Shown here: positions 1-10,275 of the stretch, piece after piece | How positions within the stretch are numbered: the first letter of the stretch is position 1 | Layout of the letters: each line of letters opens with the position of its first letter | Assembly: GCA_051418075.1 (NCBI GenBank) | Contig: JBPRGG010000177.1 | Location: 22,749-86,748, forward strand | Direction: 5' to 3' | Source of the DNA: Candidatus Cyclobacteriaceae bacterium M3_2C_046 | GTDB taxonomy: Bacteria; Bacteroidota; Bacteroidia; Cytophagales; Cyclobacteriaceae | DNA length: 64,000 bases | Program-made: the position numbers and the translations under genes | Notes under the pieces: generated by a model | Told to the model about the DNA's origin: nothing | Databases searched by the model: none | Seen by the model: the letters and a program-made list of their open reading frames with translations, nothing else

Positions 1-2
1 TT

Positions 3-209
3 GATTCTGACGGGTTTAATTATTTCAAGGAAACAGACTTGTTTGATCAGGAAAAAGCCGCCAAATTGAGGAAATATGTATATGCTGCAGGTAATTCAGA
101 TGATCCCATGATGCTGTATAAAAATTTCAGAGGATCGGAACCCAATATTGATGCATTACTGGAAAAAAGAGGGTTGAAGCAGGATGACCTGAGTCAGATT
201 AAAATGTAA
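3..209 (+). CDS. 3'-terminal fragment of an M3-family metallopeptidase (Dcp / oligopeptidase A-like); gene begins upstream of the window
   Basis: Frame-3 translation ...AAGNSDDPMMLYKNFRGSEPNIDALLEKRGLKQDDLSQIKM* resembles the conserved C-terminus of peptidyl-dipeptidase Dcp/OpdA. The ORF is open to the window edge and stops at 207-209. Confidence 0.55.
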   Translation, partial: DSDGFNYFKETDLFDQEKAAKLRKYVYAAGNSDDPMMLYKNFRGSEPNIDALLEKRGLKQDDLSQIKM

Positions 210-230
210 TTTTAAGGCGACTTTATTAAA

Positions 231-263
231 AAGGTTGAAGGAATAATTCAACCTTTTTTTTAT
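231..263 (+). terminator. Rho-independent terminator after the M3 peptidase fragment
   Basis: 9-bp perfect stem aaggttgaa (231-239) / ttcaacctt (247-255) with a 7-nt loop, followed by a T-run of about 8 nt. Confidence 0.6.
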
Positions 264-267
264 ATTT

Positions 268-537
268 ATGAAAAATTCGGCTATGGTACCTAATAAATTC
301 TTAAAAAAGCAGGTTCTGGAAGTGGTTAAAACACAAATTAAAACCAATGATCCACCAGAAACCAATCAAACCATCGATAGATTAAAGCAAGATGGTATTT
401 CTGAGGATGATGCCAAAGGTATGGTGGCACAGTGTGTGACGGTGGAATTATTTGATGTGCTAAAAAATAAAAAACCTTTTAATTACGAAAGATTTGTTAG
501 AAATCTGAATAATCTGCCTGATGAACCGGAAGAATAG
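268..537 (+). CDS. small hypothetical protein (89 aa)
   Basis: ATG-initiated ORF with no recognisable motif; acidic C-terminus. Confidence 0.4.
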   Translation: MKNSAMVPNKFLKKQVLEVVKTQIKTNDPPETNQTIDRLKQDGISEDDAKGMVAQCVTVELFDVLKNKKPFNYERFVRNLNNLPDEPEE

Positions 538-593
538 ACGCATTGAATTAAAGGGTCTTATCGCGATTCATTTCTGAAAACATTCAATATTTA

Positions 594-1373
594 TTAATGG
601 GACTGTGAAATTTTTTCAAATGTTCCCCGCCAATGATCCATTTTGTGCAGCATCAAAAGGCCTTCTTCACCGCCAGATAATTGGTTGATCAAATTACCTT
701 GATCTGACCAGCAGGCTGTTCTGCCAGCCGAATCTATACCACCGGAGGGACCGCTGTAATTTATCAGCCCTACATTCAGTTTATATTGCCTGGCATAGGA
801 TTGTAACAACCTGGAATCCTTATCGTAACCTTCAGGCGTTATAAAGGCGCTGACTAAATAAAAGGTGCTTCCTGATAAAGCAGCTCTTTCAGCTAATTCA
901 GGGTAATTTAAGTCAGCGCAAATAGCTAAGGATATGGTTTCATTTTCCATCCTGATAACCGGGTTACGGGTGCCAGGAATAAAATATTGGTCTTCACCTC
1001 CATGCAAAAAGTGTTTGGTGTAAATATCAAATGTTTGGTCAGGATAAAAGATGAGGGAGGCCAGCAAAATTCCTTTTTGATGCCATACAGGTGCTCCAGC
1101 CACAATAATGATCTCATTTCGTTTAGCCAGCTTTTGCAGAGCGTCAATCAAAGGATCCCCGGGCTTGATGGCACTGTTTTGAGCCAGGTCCGGTTCATAT
1201 CCGGTCAGTGAAAGTTCTGGAAAAACCACTAAACCTGCTCCTTTACTGGCGGCTTTTTCTATGAAAATTTGATGTCTTTTTAAATTTTGTGGCAATGCAT
1301 TCCTGAATGATCTAATTTGAGCCAGGCTTATATTGGTTTTCATAGCTTTAATCTTTTCTATAAGTACCTTCAA
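594..1373 (-). CDS. carbon-nitrogen hydrolase family protein (nitrilase/amidase superfamily)
   Basis: VVFPELSLTGY (catalytic Glu region) and LAICADLNYPE (catalytic Cys region); about 260 aa, typical of CN hydrolases. Confidence 0.8.
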   Translation of the reverse strand: MKVLIEKIKAMKTNISLAQIRSFRNALPQNLKRHQIFIEKAASKGAGLVVFPELSLTGYEPDLAQNSAIKPGDPLIDALQKLAKRNEIIIVAGAPVWHQKGILLASLIFYPDQTFDIYTKHFLHGGEDQYFIPGTRNPVIRMENETISLAICADLNYPELAERAALSGSTFYLVSAFITPEGYDKDSRLLQSYARQYKLNVGLINYSGPSGGIDSAGRTACWSDQGNLINQLSGGEEGLLMLHKMDHWRGTFEKISQSH

Positions 1374-1388
1374 AAACTAATTTGAAAT

Positions 1389-2345
1389 TTAGTATTTGTT
1401 AAAGAATTCAAGTAATCTGACCTCATACCAACTGGGCTTGTTCAGATTGAGGCTGGACAGAAATCCTACATGGCCACCATAATCCGGAATTTCTAAATAG
1501 AGATGGGAATGCTTAGCTGCCAAATCCTCAGGAAAACATTTTGCTGACAAAAACGGGTCATCCCGGCTATTCAATAAATAGGAGGGAATGCTAATATCTG
1601 GCATGAAGTTTAAACTACTGGATTTTTTATAATAATCCATGGCATCTTTAAAGCCATGTACCGGCGCGGTATATAAATTATCAAAATCTATAAAATCATA
1701 GGTTTTTTCAATTTGAAGTTGTGTAAAATGAAGATAAGGAAACTGCTCTTTTTTTAACAAAGCTTTTCTTTGCAGTGACTTCATTAATCTTTTCAGGTAT
1801 ACGGATCCTTTTTTTAGCTGGTAAGCGGCAGTGGGAAGATGAACCGGTACAGATACACCGGCCACAGCTTTTACCTGATGGGGTATATTATCAGCCAATT
1901 CACCGGCAAACTTCAGAACAATATTGCCCCCCAGACTGAAACCAGCAATGTAAATTCCCTGATAATGATTTATGAGACGTTGTATCAATAAATCAAGGTC
2001 ATCTGTTTTGCCACTATGATAAGACAATGGCAACAAATTAGGCTCACCACTGCACCCCCTCAGATTTAAGACCACTACATCAAATCCGGCCTGGGAAAAT
2101 GTGTGAGACATGGCCCTGATATAATAAGAATTCACACTTCCTTCCAAGCCATGAACCAAAACCAACACCCTGGAGCTTTTTTGTTTGATCATATCCAGGT
2201 GGCAGAAGTCATGATCAGGTGTTTCCATAGTAATTCTTTCGAACAATAAATGATTGGTTTGACGCAGAAAGAATGGGTAAATGGTATTGATATGCCTGTT
2301 ACGCAAGATAAAAGGGGGGGTATAGGTTGATTCTATAAGTGGCAA
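1389..2345 (-). CDS. alpha/beta-fold hydrolase, YheT/ABHD1-3-like
   Basis: VLVHGLEGS...LRGCSG and nucleophile elbow AGFSLGGNI; about 318 aa, matching the YheT family. Confidence 0.75.
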   Translation of the reverse strand: MPLIESTYTPPFILRNRHINTIYPFFLRQTNHLLFERITMETPDHDFCHLDMIKQKSSRVLVLVHGLEGSVNSYYIRAMSHTFSQAGFDVVVLNLRGCSGEPNLLPLSYHSGKTDDLDLLIQRLINHYQGIYIAGFSLGGNIVLKFAGELADNIPHQVKAVAGVSVPVHLPTAAYQLKKGSVYLKRLMKSLQRKALLKKEQFPYLHFTQLQIEKTYDFIDFDNLYTAPVHGFKDAMDYYKKSSSLNFMPDISIPSYLLNSRDDPFLSAKCFPEDLAAKHSHLYLEIPDYGGHVGFLSSLNLNKPSWYEVRLLEFFNKY

Positions 2346-2695
2346 TGGTCAGATATTTTTTTCAAATTTATGATAATTAAGCCAAATCAAAAACCCGGAA
2401 TGGTGGATAGAGATTGTGAGCGTAAAATTCCAATATTTTGAGGTATGGCTGCATTTAAATGAACAGTCTGCCATATTCCTGCTTTTTTACTGCCGGAGGG
2501 GCCATACTTTTGGCTTGATCCCAATAAAAGACTTAAATTATTGCCATTGGTCGGTCATTCGTCCAAAAAATCATCAATATATAGTGTTTTTTGCCTGGAA
2601 AATAGGGGATTACTTATGAGGTTTTAGAAAAGTTTAGCTTCACCTTTGACCTTTTTTCCTCTGATCTTTCACCTTTTAATTATTACCTGAATGAC

Positions 2696-3712
2696 CTACA
2701 AAGAATTTCTACGGATAAATTTAAAAGGATTCCTGATCTTTTCATTCCTTTTATCCAGTACCAGTTCAGCTGCTTTTCTACCCATTTCAGCGAAATCAGT
2801 AGATATTACGGTAATACCATCGGCCAATACTTCCTTAACAGGGGTTTCATTATAAGAAACAATGCCCACATCTTTACCTATCACCAGATTTTGCTCCCGG
2901 CATTTTTTGATCAGATCAACCAGGTCGGTTTCTTCTATCACTACATAGGCCTCGCCAGGATGTATGCTTTCTGCTTCCATGCTGTCTATAACTTTATATT
3001 CCAATTCACTTACCTTGCTAAAAATGATAAACCCTTTTACAATCTCTGCCGGATGGATGGTAGTTTTAGGAAAGACCAGCTTCACTTTTTTGTACTTTTT
3101 AAAAAGGTCTTCACCCTGCTGCAAAGCTTGAAAAATATCTCTTTCAAAATCCTGATATACAGCGGTATAATCACCTCTGATCCCATCAATATCTTTATCC
3201 AGAACAATCAATTGTTCACGGGGTATATGGTTGATGACATCCAGCAGGCCTTCATCCTTGTTTTTAAAGTGTGGCATGATCACATAAAAATGATAATCTC
3301 CCAGATTGTTTTCAATCAGCGTTTTAAAGGTATCTATATTATAATGATAAATATGCAGGTCAACCGTGGCTCTTTCTCCCAGGGCTTCTATAAATGAATA
3401 GTAAACGGTCTTTTTATGGGCACTTAATTTGTTTAGCAAAAGAAAAACTTTAAGCTTAAAAGATGTCTCCAGACTGGCTACATAATATCCTTTTCCCCTG
3501 ACAGAAGTAATAATTCCCCTGGATCTCAGCTCATTATACGCTTTTTCTACTGTATCCCTGGATAAGTAATAAGATTCTGCCGTTTCATTGATCGAGGGAA
3601 TTTTTTCGCCGTATTTTAAGATACCTTGTTCAATATCCGCTAATATAGTGTTGATTACCTGCTTATACTTAGGTGTTTTTGAAGTCGCATTTATTCTTTC
3701 TTCCGGGAACAT
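2696..3712 (-). CDS. GntR-family transcriptional regulator with a C-terminal sugar-binding (periplasmic-binding-protein-like) domain
   Basis: N-terminal GntR winged HTH (YLSRDTVEKAYNELRSRGIITSVRGKGYYVA) and a roughly 250-aa PBP-like C-terminal domain. Lies directly downstream (same strand) of a FGGY kinase. Confidence 0.7.
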   Translation of the reverse strand: MFPEERINATSKTPKYKQVINTILADIEQGILKYGEKIPSINETAESYYLSRDTVEKAYNELRSRGIITSVRGKGYYVASLETSFKLKVFLLLNKLSAHKKTVYYSFIEALGERATVDLHIYHYNIDTFKTLIENNLGDYHFYVIMPHFKNKDEGLLDVINHIPREQLIVLDKDIDGIRGDYTAVYQDFERDIFQALQQGEDLFKKYKKVKLVFPKTTIHPAEIVKGFIIFSKVSELEYKVIDSMEAESIHPGEAYVVIEETDLVDLIKKCREQNLVIGKDVGIVSYNETPVKEVLADGITVISTDFAEMGRKAAELVLDKRNEKIRNPFKFIRRNSL

Positions 3713-3821
3713 AAATTAGTTTCCTCCTACCTGTCAATATTACTACATTTATCAAATATCATGAATATAACCTCATATTTAAAAACTCATGTATATATTT
3801 TTTGGCTTTTTTTTGAAAAAG

Positions 3822-5243
3822 TTAAACCAGGTGAAAGTTTTCCAGCTCCAGGTTCCGGTCAGGATCATGTAATTTGAAATTGAGGATCTCTTGATTTTGC
3901 TTGTTCCAATCTTTTTGGTCCTGAATTACCATGGCCGCTCCTAAGGCTGTAGCATTGGGTATGTTGGATGTATAGGTTTCGAAGGCCGGATATAATGCAG
4001 CTAAAAGCTTAATAAATACAGGGTTTTTACTGAATCCACCGGTTACAAAGATCTTTTTGACCGGAGAATCTTTGATAACCAGGTCCAGTGAATAGGATTG
4101 TAAAGCCACCAGATCAATCATGAGCTTATAATAGGCTTCCTTGAAGTTGCTAAACAAAGAAAGGTCAGGTGGCGGAGTCGGTTTAAGCGATTTAAAAGTG
4201 GCTATACTGGCAATATGATGGGGGCCAAAAAGGGCTTTGGGGAATTTCCGGCTTAGGGTTTTTACCACTTCAGCATCAAACCCAATTTTCTTGTAAGCAG
4301 ATTCATCCTCCTTAAAGTATTCTTGTAATATTTTAAGATAATGATCATGTTCACGGCCAAGGTAGATCCGGGAGGCTTTTACCGGCTTACCATCTAAATC
4401 AAAATAAGTAAGACAATCATCCTTTAATTCTTTGATACTAAGCCTGGAATTATTAAATGGATTCAGGGCAATGTTCCAGGTACCGGTAGACAATAAAACG
4501 AATGGCTCTCTGACTGTTCGCAGATAAGGTACCAGGGCGGAAGAGCTGTCATGTATTCCTACCCCCACCCGCAAAGACTTACCATTTGCCTGACTTTTAA
4601 GGAAGAACCGGGTATCCTTAATTTGAGGAAAATAAACATCCAGTTTTTCTTGAATCACCCATTGATGAAAATGCTGTTTTTCAAAATCCCACAAAGCCGA
4701 ATGACAGCCAATATAAGTGATTTCGGTAAATTTCTGGCCGCTGATCAGATAACTGGCGAATTGGGGGAGAAATAAAGCGCTGCTAACCTTTTCAAATAAG
4801 TGTGGCTTAGCATATTTAAGCCAATACAGTTGAAAACCCATATTAAGCATCTTGAGTGGGGGCGAAGCTGTTTCCAGGGCAATCTGGTCAGAGGCACCGT
4901 TTTCTTCATAAAATTGTTTCAACAAAGCTTCCGGATAGGGTTTACTATAGTTGTATAAAGGGGTGACAACTCTATTTTGCCCGTCTAAATATACCAGGGC
5001 TGAGCCATAAGCTGTAAAATTTACTGCCTTGATATCAAATACTGAATATTCCTGGGCTTTGGCCAGCGTTTTAGGAATCCATTCAGCCAGTTTTTGAACG
5101 TTATCACAAGCGTGTCCGTCATCATCCAGGATGGTTTCAAAGGTGGAAATCTTTTCATAGACCAGATCATAAGACTGGTTGAACAGGAGTAACTTCTTTT
5201 TCCTGTGTCCTATTTCAAAAATGGCTATTACTGGTTCATTCAT
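3822..5243 (-). CDS. FGGY-family carbohydrate kinase (possibly rhamnulokinase-like)
   Basis: 473 aa; C-terminal FGGY signature IFVTGGFSKNPVFIKLL...ATALGAAMV; central GVGIHDSSSALVP. Confidence 0.65.
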   Translation of the reverse strand: MNEPVIAIFEIGHRKKKLLLFNQSYDLVYEKISTFETILDDDGHACDNVQKLAEWIPKTLAKAQEYSVFDIKAVNFTAYGSALVYLDGQNRVVTPLYNYSKPYPEALLKQFYEENGASDQIALETASPPLKMLNMGFQLYWLKYAKPHLFEKVSSALFLPQFASYLISGQKFTEITYIGCHSALWDFEKQHFHQWVIQEKLDVYFPQIKDTRFFLKSQANGKSLRVGVGIHDSSSALVPYLRTVREPFVLLSTGTWNIALNPFNNSRLSIKELKDDCLTYFDLDGKPVKASRIYLGREHDHYLKILQEYFKEDESAYKKIGFDAEVVKTLSRKFPKALFGPHHIASIATFKSLKPTPPPDLSLFSNFKEAYYKLMIDLVALQSYSLDLVIKDSPVKKIFVTGGFSKNPVFIKLLAALYPAFETYTSNIPNATALGAAMVIQDQKDWNKQNQEILNFKLHDPDRNLELENFHLV

Positions 5244-5409
5244 ATAATTATCGCGGAGGCTTTTTTATCTTGTTACGAGAATACACAAAATAGCTATTTC
5301 ATCTATCCTGTGGTTTCAGGTAATAATAACCATGAAATTATTTGCATTAGCTGATAATTACCTTAATTTTTGCAGATAAATCTTTTTATGACCCATAACT
5401 TTTTGAACT

Positions 5410-6459
5410 ATGTCAAATCCTATTCAGGTTGGAATTACTTCTTATGGAATGTCCGGAAAAATATTTCATGCCCCTTTAATATCAGCACATTCTGGTTTTC
5501 AGCTTAAAAAAATCATGCAAAGAAGTGCGGATAATGCCCATCAGGATTATCCCCATGTTGAGGTAGTGAAGAAATTGGAAGATATTGCTCATGATCCCGA
5601 CATCGAACTGGTGGTGGTAAATACTCCCAATCCCACCCATTTTGAATTTATTAAAATGATGTTGGAGGCAGGTAAACATGTGGTGGCGGAAAAACCCTTT
5701 ACCAATACCCTGGAAGAAGGTCAGCAATTGATCGACCTGGCCCGTGAAAAAGGGGTGGTACTATCCGTTTTTCAAAACCGGAGGTGGGATGGTGATTTTA
5801 AAACCGTTCATCATGTGATTCAACAAAAATTACTGGGTGAACTGGTAGAATATGAAGCCCATTATGACCGCTTTCGCAATTATGTGGAAAAAGGCACCTG
5901 GAAAGAAGAGGAAGCGCCAGGCTCGGGTATTTTGTATAATCTGGGATCTCATATGATCGACCAGGTGCTGGTATTGTTTGGTTTGCCTCAGGCTGTTACA
6001 GCTGATATCAGGAGCCAGCGAGCTGGCAGTAAAGTAGCCGATAATTACGAAGTGATCATGGATTATGGAAATTTGAAAGCTACGGTGAAATCAAGTTATA
6101 TGGTACGGGAACAAGTGCCCCGATATCAATTGTACGGTAGGGAAGGGACATTCCTTAAATATGGCATAGATCCCCAGGAGGAATATTTAAAACAAGGTCT
6201 GGGCCCGGGTAGCAGTGGCTGGGGCATCGAACCGGAAGAAGATTGGGGATTACTTAATACCACTATCAATGATTTACATTATTATGGCCATATAGAAACC
6301 TTACCAGGAACCTACCAGGATTATTATGAAAATGTATATCAGGCCATCAGAAACGGGCAGGAATTGGCGGTAACACCGGAACAGGGTTTACAGGTGATCC
6401 AGGTGATTCAGGCGGCTATGCAAAGTCATAAAGAAGGCCGGAGAGTTAAATTAGAGTAA
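5410..6459 (+). CDS. Gfo/Idh/MocA-family NAD(P)-dependent oxidoreductase
   Basis: N-terminal Rossmann region VGITSYGMSGKIFHAPLI and conserved EKP motif (VVAEKPFT); 349 aa. Confidence 0.85.
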   Translation: MSNPIQVGITSYGMSGKIFHAPLISAHSGFQLKKIMQRSADNAHQDYPHVEVVKKLEDIAHDPDIELVVVNTPNPTHFEFIKMMLEAGKHVVAEKPFTNTLEEGQQLIDLAREKGVVLSVFQNRRWDGDFKTVHHVIQQKLLGELVEYEAHYDRFRNYVEKGTWKEEEAPGSGILYNLGSHMIDQVLVLFGLPQAVTADIRSQRAGSKVADNYEVIMDYGNLKATVKSSYMVREQVPRYQLYGREGTFLKYGIDPQEEYLKQGLGPGSSGWGIEPEEDWGLLNTTINDLHYYGHIETLPGTYQDYYENVYQAIRNGQELAVTPEQGLQVIQVIQAAMQSHKEGRRVKLE

Positions 6460-6667
6460 GTTGAAGTTGGGTATTTTCAGCTGATAGGCACCTATAGATA
6501 CCTACCGGATAAGGGGATTAGTTGAGGTTAAAGGTACTCAATTTTTAAAGCAGCTTCATTTTTATGGAACTTCGCTTTAAAAGCAATAAATGAGATCAAG
6601 ATGATACAGATAAAATTAAAACGATATATATTCATCTGTTGATTAAGGAATTGTTCAACCCATTGGA

Positions 6668-7729
6668 TTAGCTGGTTTTTTGAGATTCTTTATTCCTCAG
6701 AATCTTTATAATACGATTATAAACGATTTCCGATGTAGACCAGGTGTAACCACTAAAATTAGTGGTATTAACAAATTGAATCACAACTGCGTCGAGGTCT
6801 TTATGGTATTTTGCAATACTCTGATAGCCGGGAATCAAACCCGTATGTTCATACACGTAAATAGCGGAATAGATTTCCTGTTCCCCCTCATCAAACAATG
6901 ACCCATCATTTAAAGCACGTAAAAATATGCCCACATCCTCTGCTGTTGCGATCATGGAGGTGAGCTCTGAGCCATAATCTGCAGTTTTTATATCTTCCGT
7001 TATACCCACATAATAACCACTCATTACATCCTCTACATTCACCTCATGAATAGAACCGAATGTATTTTTTAGCCCTAGTGGATTTAATATTTCTTGGCGG
7101 ATGTATTTGAATTTGCTATATCCCACTATTTTCTCTATGAGTTCAGAGATCAATAAATAGTTTGTATTGGAATACTTATACTTTTCATCCGGTTCAAATT
7201 CAGCAGGTAGATCAAGAACCCGTTCAAGCGCTTCTTGACTGCTTTTGGGTGGGTTTATCCAAAAGTTGGGGGTGTCTGTTAGATTAGGAATGCCACTTCG
7301 ATGCTGTACCATCATTCTCAGGGTGATATTTTCTGCATTTTCTATTCTTCCCACCAGTTCTGGAAAATAATCCGCCAGCGTTTTATCCAGGGATAATTGT
7401 TGGTTATGAACCAATTTAGTAACAGCAACAGCATCATACAATTTGCTTATGCTGGCAATCTTAAACAAGGCTTTCGGATTGGCCGGTATTTTGTTTGCCC
7501 GGTCGTGCCATCCCGCTGCATAAAACTCCGGGGGCTGGCCAGATTGGTCTACATAAATTATGATGCCATCAAAACCATGCCCAATGGCTTCATTTGCTTG
7601 ATCCTGAACCGAGTCCGGTAGTGGTAATATCCAGGCCTTGATCAGTATCCATGGTACGAAAAACATGGATATAATAGTACCAACAAGTAGCACAATTCTG
7701 ATTATTATTTTTGTTTGTTTATTTGACAT
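6668..7729 (-). CDS. serine hydrolase, beta-lactamase/transpeptidase-like family, N-terminally membrane anchored
   Basis: SxxK active-site motif (FKIASISKLY); N-terminal hydrophobic helix; 353 aa. Confidence 0.8.
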   Translation of the reverse strand: MSNKQTKIIIRIVLLVGTIISMFFVPWILIKAWILPLPDSVQDQANEAIGHGFDGIIIYVDQSGQPPEFYAAGWHDRANKIPANPKALFKIASISKLYDAVAVTKLVHNQQLSLDKTLADYFPELVGRIENAENITLRMMVQHRSGIPNLTDTPNFWINPPKSSQEALERVLDLPAEFEPDEKYKYSNTNYLLISELIEKIVGYSKFKYIRQEILNPLGLKNTFGSIHEVNVEDVMSGYYVGITEDIKTADYGSELTSMIATAEDVGIFLRALNDGSLFDEGEQEIYSAIYVYEHTGLIPGYQSIAKYHKDLDAVVIQFVNTTNFSGYTWSTSEIVYNRIIKILRNKESQKTS

Positions 7730-7915
7730 AGAGTTATATTGGTCAGGAAAAGTACCTTTTTATGGAAATCCTTGTACATTATGAGGCCATCGTTTTTGAT
7801 TTGCTAATTTACCGGATTGGCTGAAAAATTCCAAAAGTAAAATCCCCTGTTCCCGGCATTTCAGTTAGTTTGTAATTTATAATTAAGCACTTTTAAAATA
7901 TGAAAGCTTAGAAAC

Positions 7916-7945
7916 AGAAAAAGGCCACCATGATGGTGACCTTCT
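7916..7945 (-). terminator. Rho-independent terminator for the minus-strand lipoprotein gene
   Basis: GC-rich imperfect palindrome ggccaccatgatggtgacc (7923-7941), immediately followed on the minus strand by a T-run (A-run 7916-7922 on the plus strand). Confidence 0.55.
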
Positions 7946-7971
7946 ACAAATAATTTTAAAATTATCAATTA

Positions 7972-8598
7972 TTATTTACTTACATATCCAGCTGCACTAA
8001 AGTTATATTCATCAAATAAAAGCTCAACTGCTTCCTCAATTTTTTCTTCATCATCATCCAGAATGGAAGCATTTTCTACAATTCCTGAAGCATAACCTTG
8101 CCAAACAACCACACTTTTGTCCATATCTGCCATCTGAACGAAAATAGTTCCTTTGTCCAGATAATAAGTTTCGGCATCACCAGGTTCTCTTACCTCAGCA
8201 CTTGGCTGTAATCCAATAGCTTCTTTTCTGAGTTCCATGGTTCCCCAGTAATTCTGATCGGCGTAATTGTCGGTCCAACCAGTAAATTCGGTATTATCTT
8301 CAAATACCCGGAAGTTCACCAATAAGTCAGCATCTTCACCTTCTACATATTTATATCCCAGTCCAGCCAATTCGTCCTGAACTTCATTCCTTACGGCCAT
8401 TTTCATTAATTCACTGTCCCAGAAAAAGTTATTGTTATCTGCCTCTTCTATATGAGAAGCAAATGTGAAAGTTTGATATTCATCAAATTCTCCTTGCTGC
8501 AAATTCCTGTCTGTAGCAACTGTCATTGATTTTTGTGAACATGAGGCTACAATAAATGATAGTGCGAATAAATATGCCAATGTTTTAATAGTTTTCAT
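7972..8598 (-). CDS. putative lipoprotein (acidic, about 208 aa)
   Basis: Signal peptide followed by a lipobox-like FIVASC sequence; no catalytic motif recognised. Confidence 0.55.
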   Translation of the reverse strand: MKTIKTLAYLFALSFIVASCSQKSMTVATDRNLQQGEFDEYQTFTFASHIEEADNNNFFWDSELMKMAVRNEVQDELAGLGYKYVEGEDADLLVNFRVFEDNTEFTGWTDNYADQNYWGTMELRKEAIGLQPSAEVREPGDAETYYLDKGTIFVQMADMDKSVVVWQGYASGIVENASILDDDEEKIEEAVELLFDEYNFSAAGYVSK

Positions 8599-8846
8599 AA
8601 CTTATACTTTTAAAGTTTAAAAAATTAATTTCTTTTACTAACTTAACAGAGGTGTATGGGAAATGTTTATCTGATTGGGGTTGAAGAAGCTATTTTTAAA
8701 CTCAGAATAAACCAATATTATATTTATAAATGAAATATATAATAAAATATTGTTTTTTGTAATATGTTATTAACTGACAAAATAAAATTTTTAAAAATTA
8801 TTCCAACTTTTTAGCTTTGGAGATCGTCTTCCCTGTAAATACTTAA

Positions 8847-9191
8847 ATGATACAGCCAGTATTAAATAAAATGCTAAAGTTAAATTCATCAGGGGATATT
8901 ACCACTTCCAGGTTAATAGCCCTTTTTGAACAAATAAAGAACCTGAATCATAAATATAAAACTTCCCGAGTTCTGATAAATGCTGAAGCGCAATCATCCC
9001 TGCCTGACCTGATTGAATTAAGTGATTTGACCCCCTACATTCCCTCGGATATTAAAATTGCCTTTAAAATTAATCCTCAGGCATCAATTAATAATCAAAT
9101 CATGTTTTTGAAAATGATAGCTCCTCAAGAAAATATTGAGATTTTCTACAATTCTCATGCTGCTGAAAAATGGTTGGAAACCAATGATTAA
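8847..9191 (+). CDS. hypothetical protein (114 aa)
   Basis: ATG ORF preceded by a very AT-rich promoter-like region; no motif recognised. Confidence 0.4.
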   Translation: MIQPVLNKMLKLNSSGDITTSRLIALFEQIKNLNHKYKTSRVLINAEAQSSLPDLIELSDLTPYIPSDIKIAFKINPQASINNQIMFLKMIAPQENIEIFYNSHAAEKWLETND

Positions 9192-9238
9192 TTCCTGTTA
9201 CCACAACTTTTAGGATTAATTCTTGTTAAGTTTCTCAA

Positions 9239-10273
9239 ATGAAACTGCTTGAATTTACTGATAAAGGTATATATTGTCCTCCTGCCGATGTTTATATTGA
9301 TGCATGGCAACCAGTGAATAAGGTGATCGTAACCCATGGTCACGCGGATCATGCCCGGTATGGAAGTCAACATTATTTATGCCATCAGGACACTGCTCCC
9401 ATTTTAAAATATCGGTTAGGTGATGGCAATACCATTCAGCCAGTGGCCTATAATGAGAAAATCAACATTAATGGGGTTTCATTTTCTTTACATCCTGCCG
9501 GCCATATAGTTGGATCTGCCCAAATCCGGGTGGCCTGCCAGGGGGAAGTTTGGGTGGTTTCCGGAGATTATAAATTGGAGAATGATCACCTTACTGCACC
9601 CTTTGAATTAGTAACCTGTGATGTTTTTATCACTGAATCTACTTTTGGATTGCCTGTATACAAATGGAAAGCCCAGGAACTGGTTTATCAGGAAATCATG
9701 CAATGGTGGCTGCAGAACCAGGAACAAGATAAATGTTCGGTGCTTACTGGCTATAGTTTGGGAAAAGCCCAGAGGTTGTTGCAGAATCTTGACCTTGGAT
9801 CAGGGCCGGTATATTTACATGGGGCTATTTATAATATTAATCAGGTTTTAACTGATGCCGGCCTTCCTATAAAAACTGCCCAGCGGGTAACTCCTGAACT
9901 TGATAAAAAAAATTTTAGAAAAGCACTGGTTATTGCACCACCTTCAGCTGCTAATTCTGCCTGGATGAAAAGATTTTATCCCTATTCTACAGGAATTGCT
10001 TCCGGCTGGATGTCACTGCGGGGTGCCCGCCGCCGAAGAGCAGCAGACCGGGGATTTGTCCTGTCCGACCATGCCGACTGGACCGGCTTAAACCAGGTGA
10101 TCAGCCAGACCAACGCCGGCAAGATAATTATCACTCATGGTTATCGCCATGTATTGGCCCGGTGGCTCAATCAATGTGGCTATGATGCCAGAGTAGAAAG
10201 TACCCAGTTTGAAGGAGAACTCAGTGAAATCGGAGAATCAAGTGTCAATGAGGAAAAGCTTATCCAGAAGTAA
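9239..10273 (+). CDS. ligase-associated DNA damage response exonuclease (metallo-beta-lactamase fold)
   Basis: MBL motif VIVTHGHADHARYG. Its stop lies 3 nt before the ATP-dependent DNA ligase start, the arrangement expected for the ligase-associated exonuclease family. Confidence 0.75.
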   Translation: MKLLEFTDKGIYCPPADVYIDAWQPVNKVIVTHGHADHARYGSQHYLCHQDTAPILKYRLGDGNTIQPVAYNEKININGVSFSLHPAGHIVGSAQIRVACQGEVWVVSGDYKLENDHLTAPFELVTCDVFITESTFGLPVYKWKAQELVYQEIMQWWLQNQEQDKCSVLTGYSLGKAQRLLQNLDLGSGPVYLHGAIYNINQVLTDAGLPIKTAQRVTPELDKKNFRKALVIAPPSAANSAWMKRFYPYSTGIASGWMSLRGARRRRAADRGFVLSDHADWTGLNQVISQTNAGKIIITHGYRHVLARWLNQCGYDARVESTQFEGELSEIGESSVNEEKLIQK

Positions 10274-10275
10274 TT

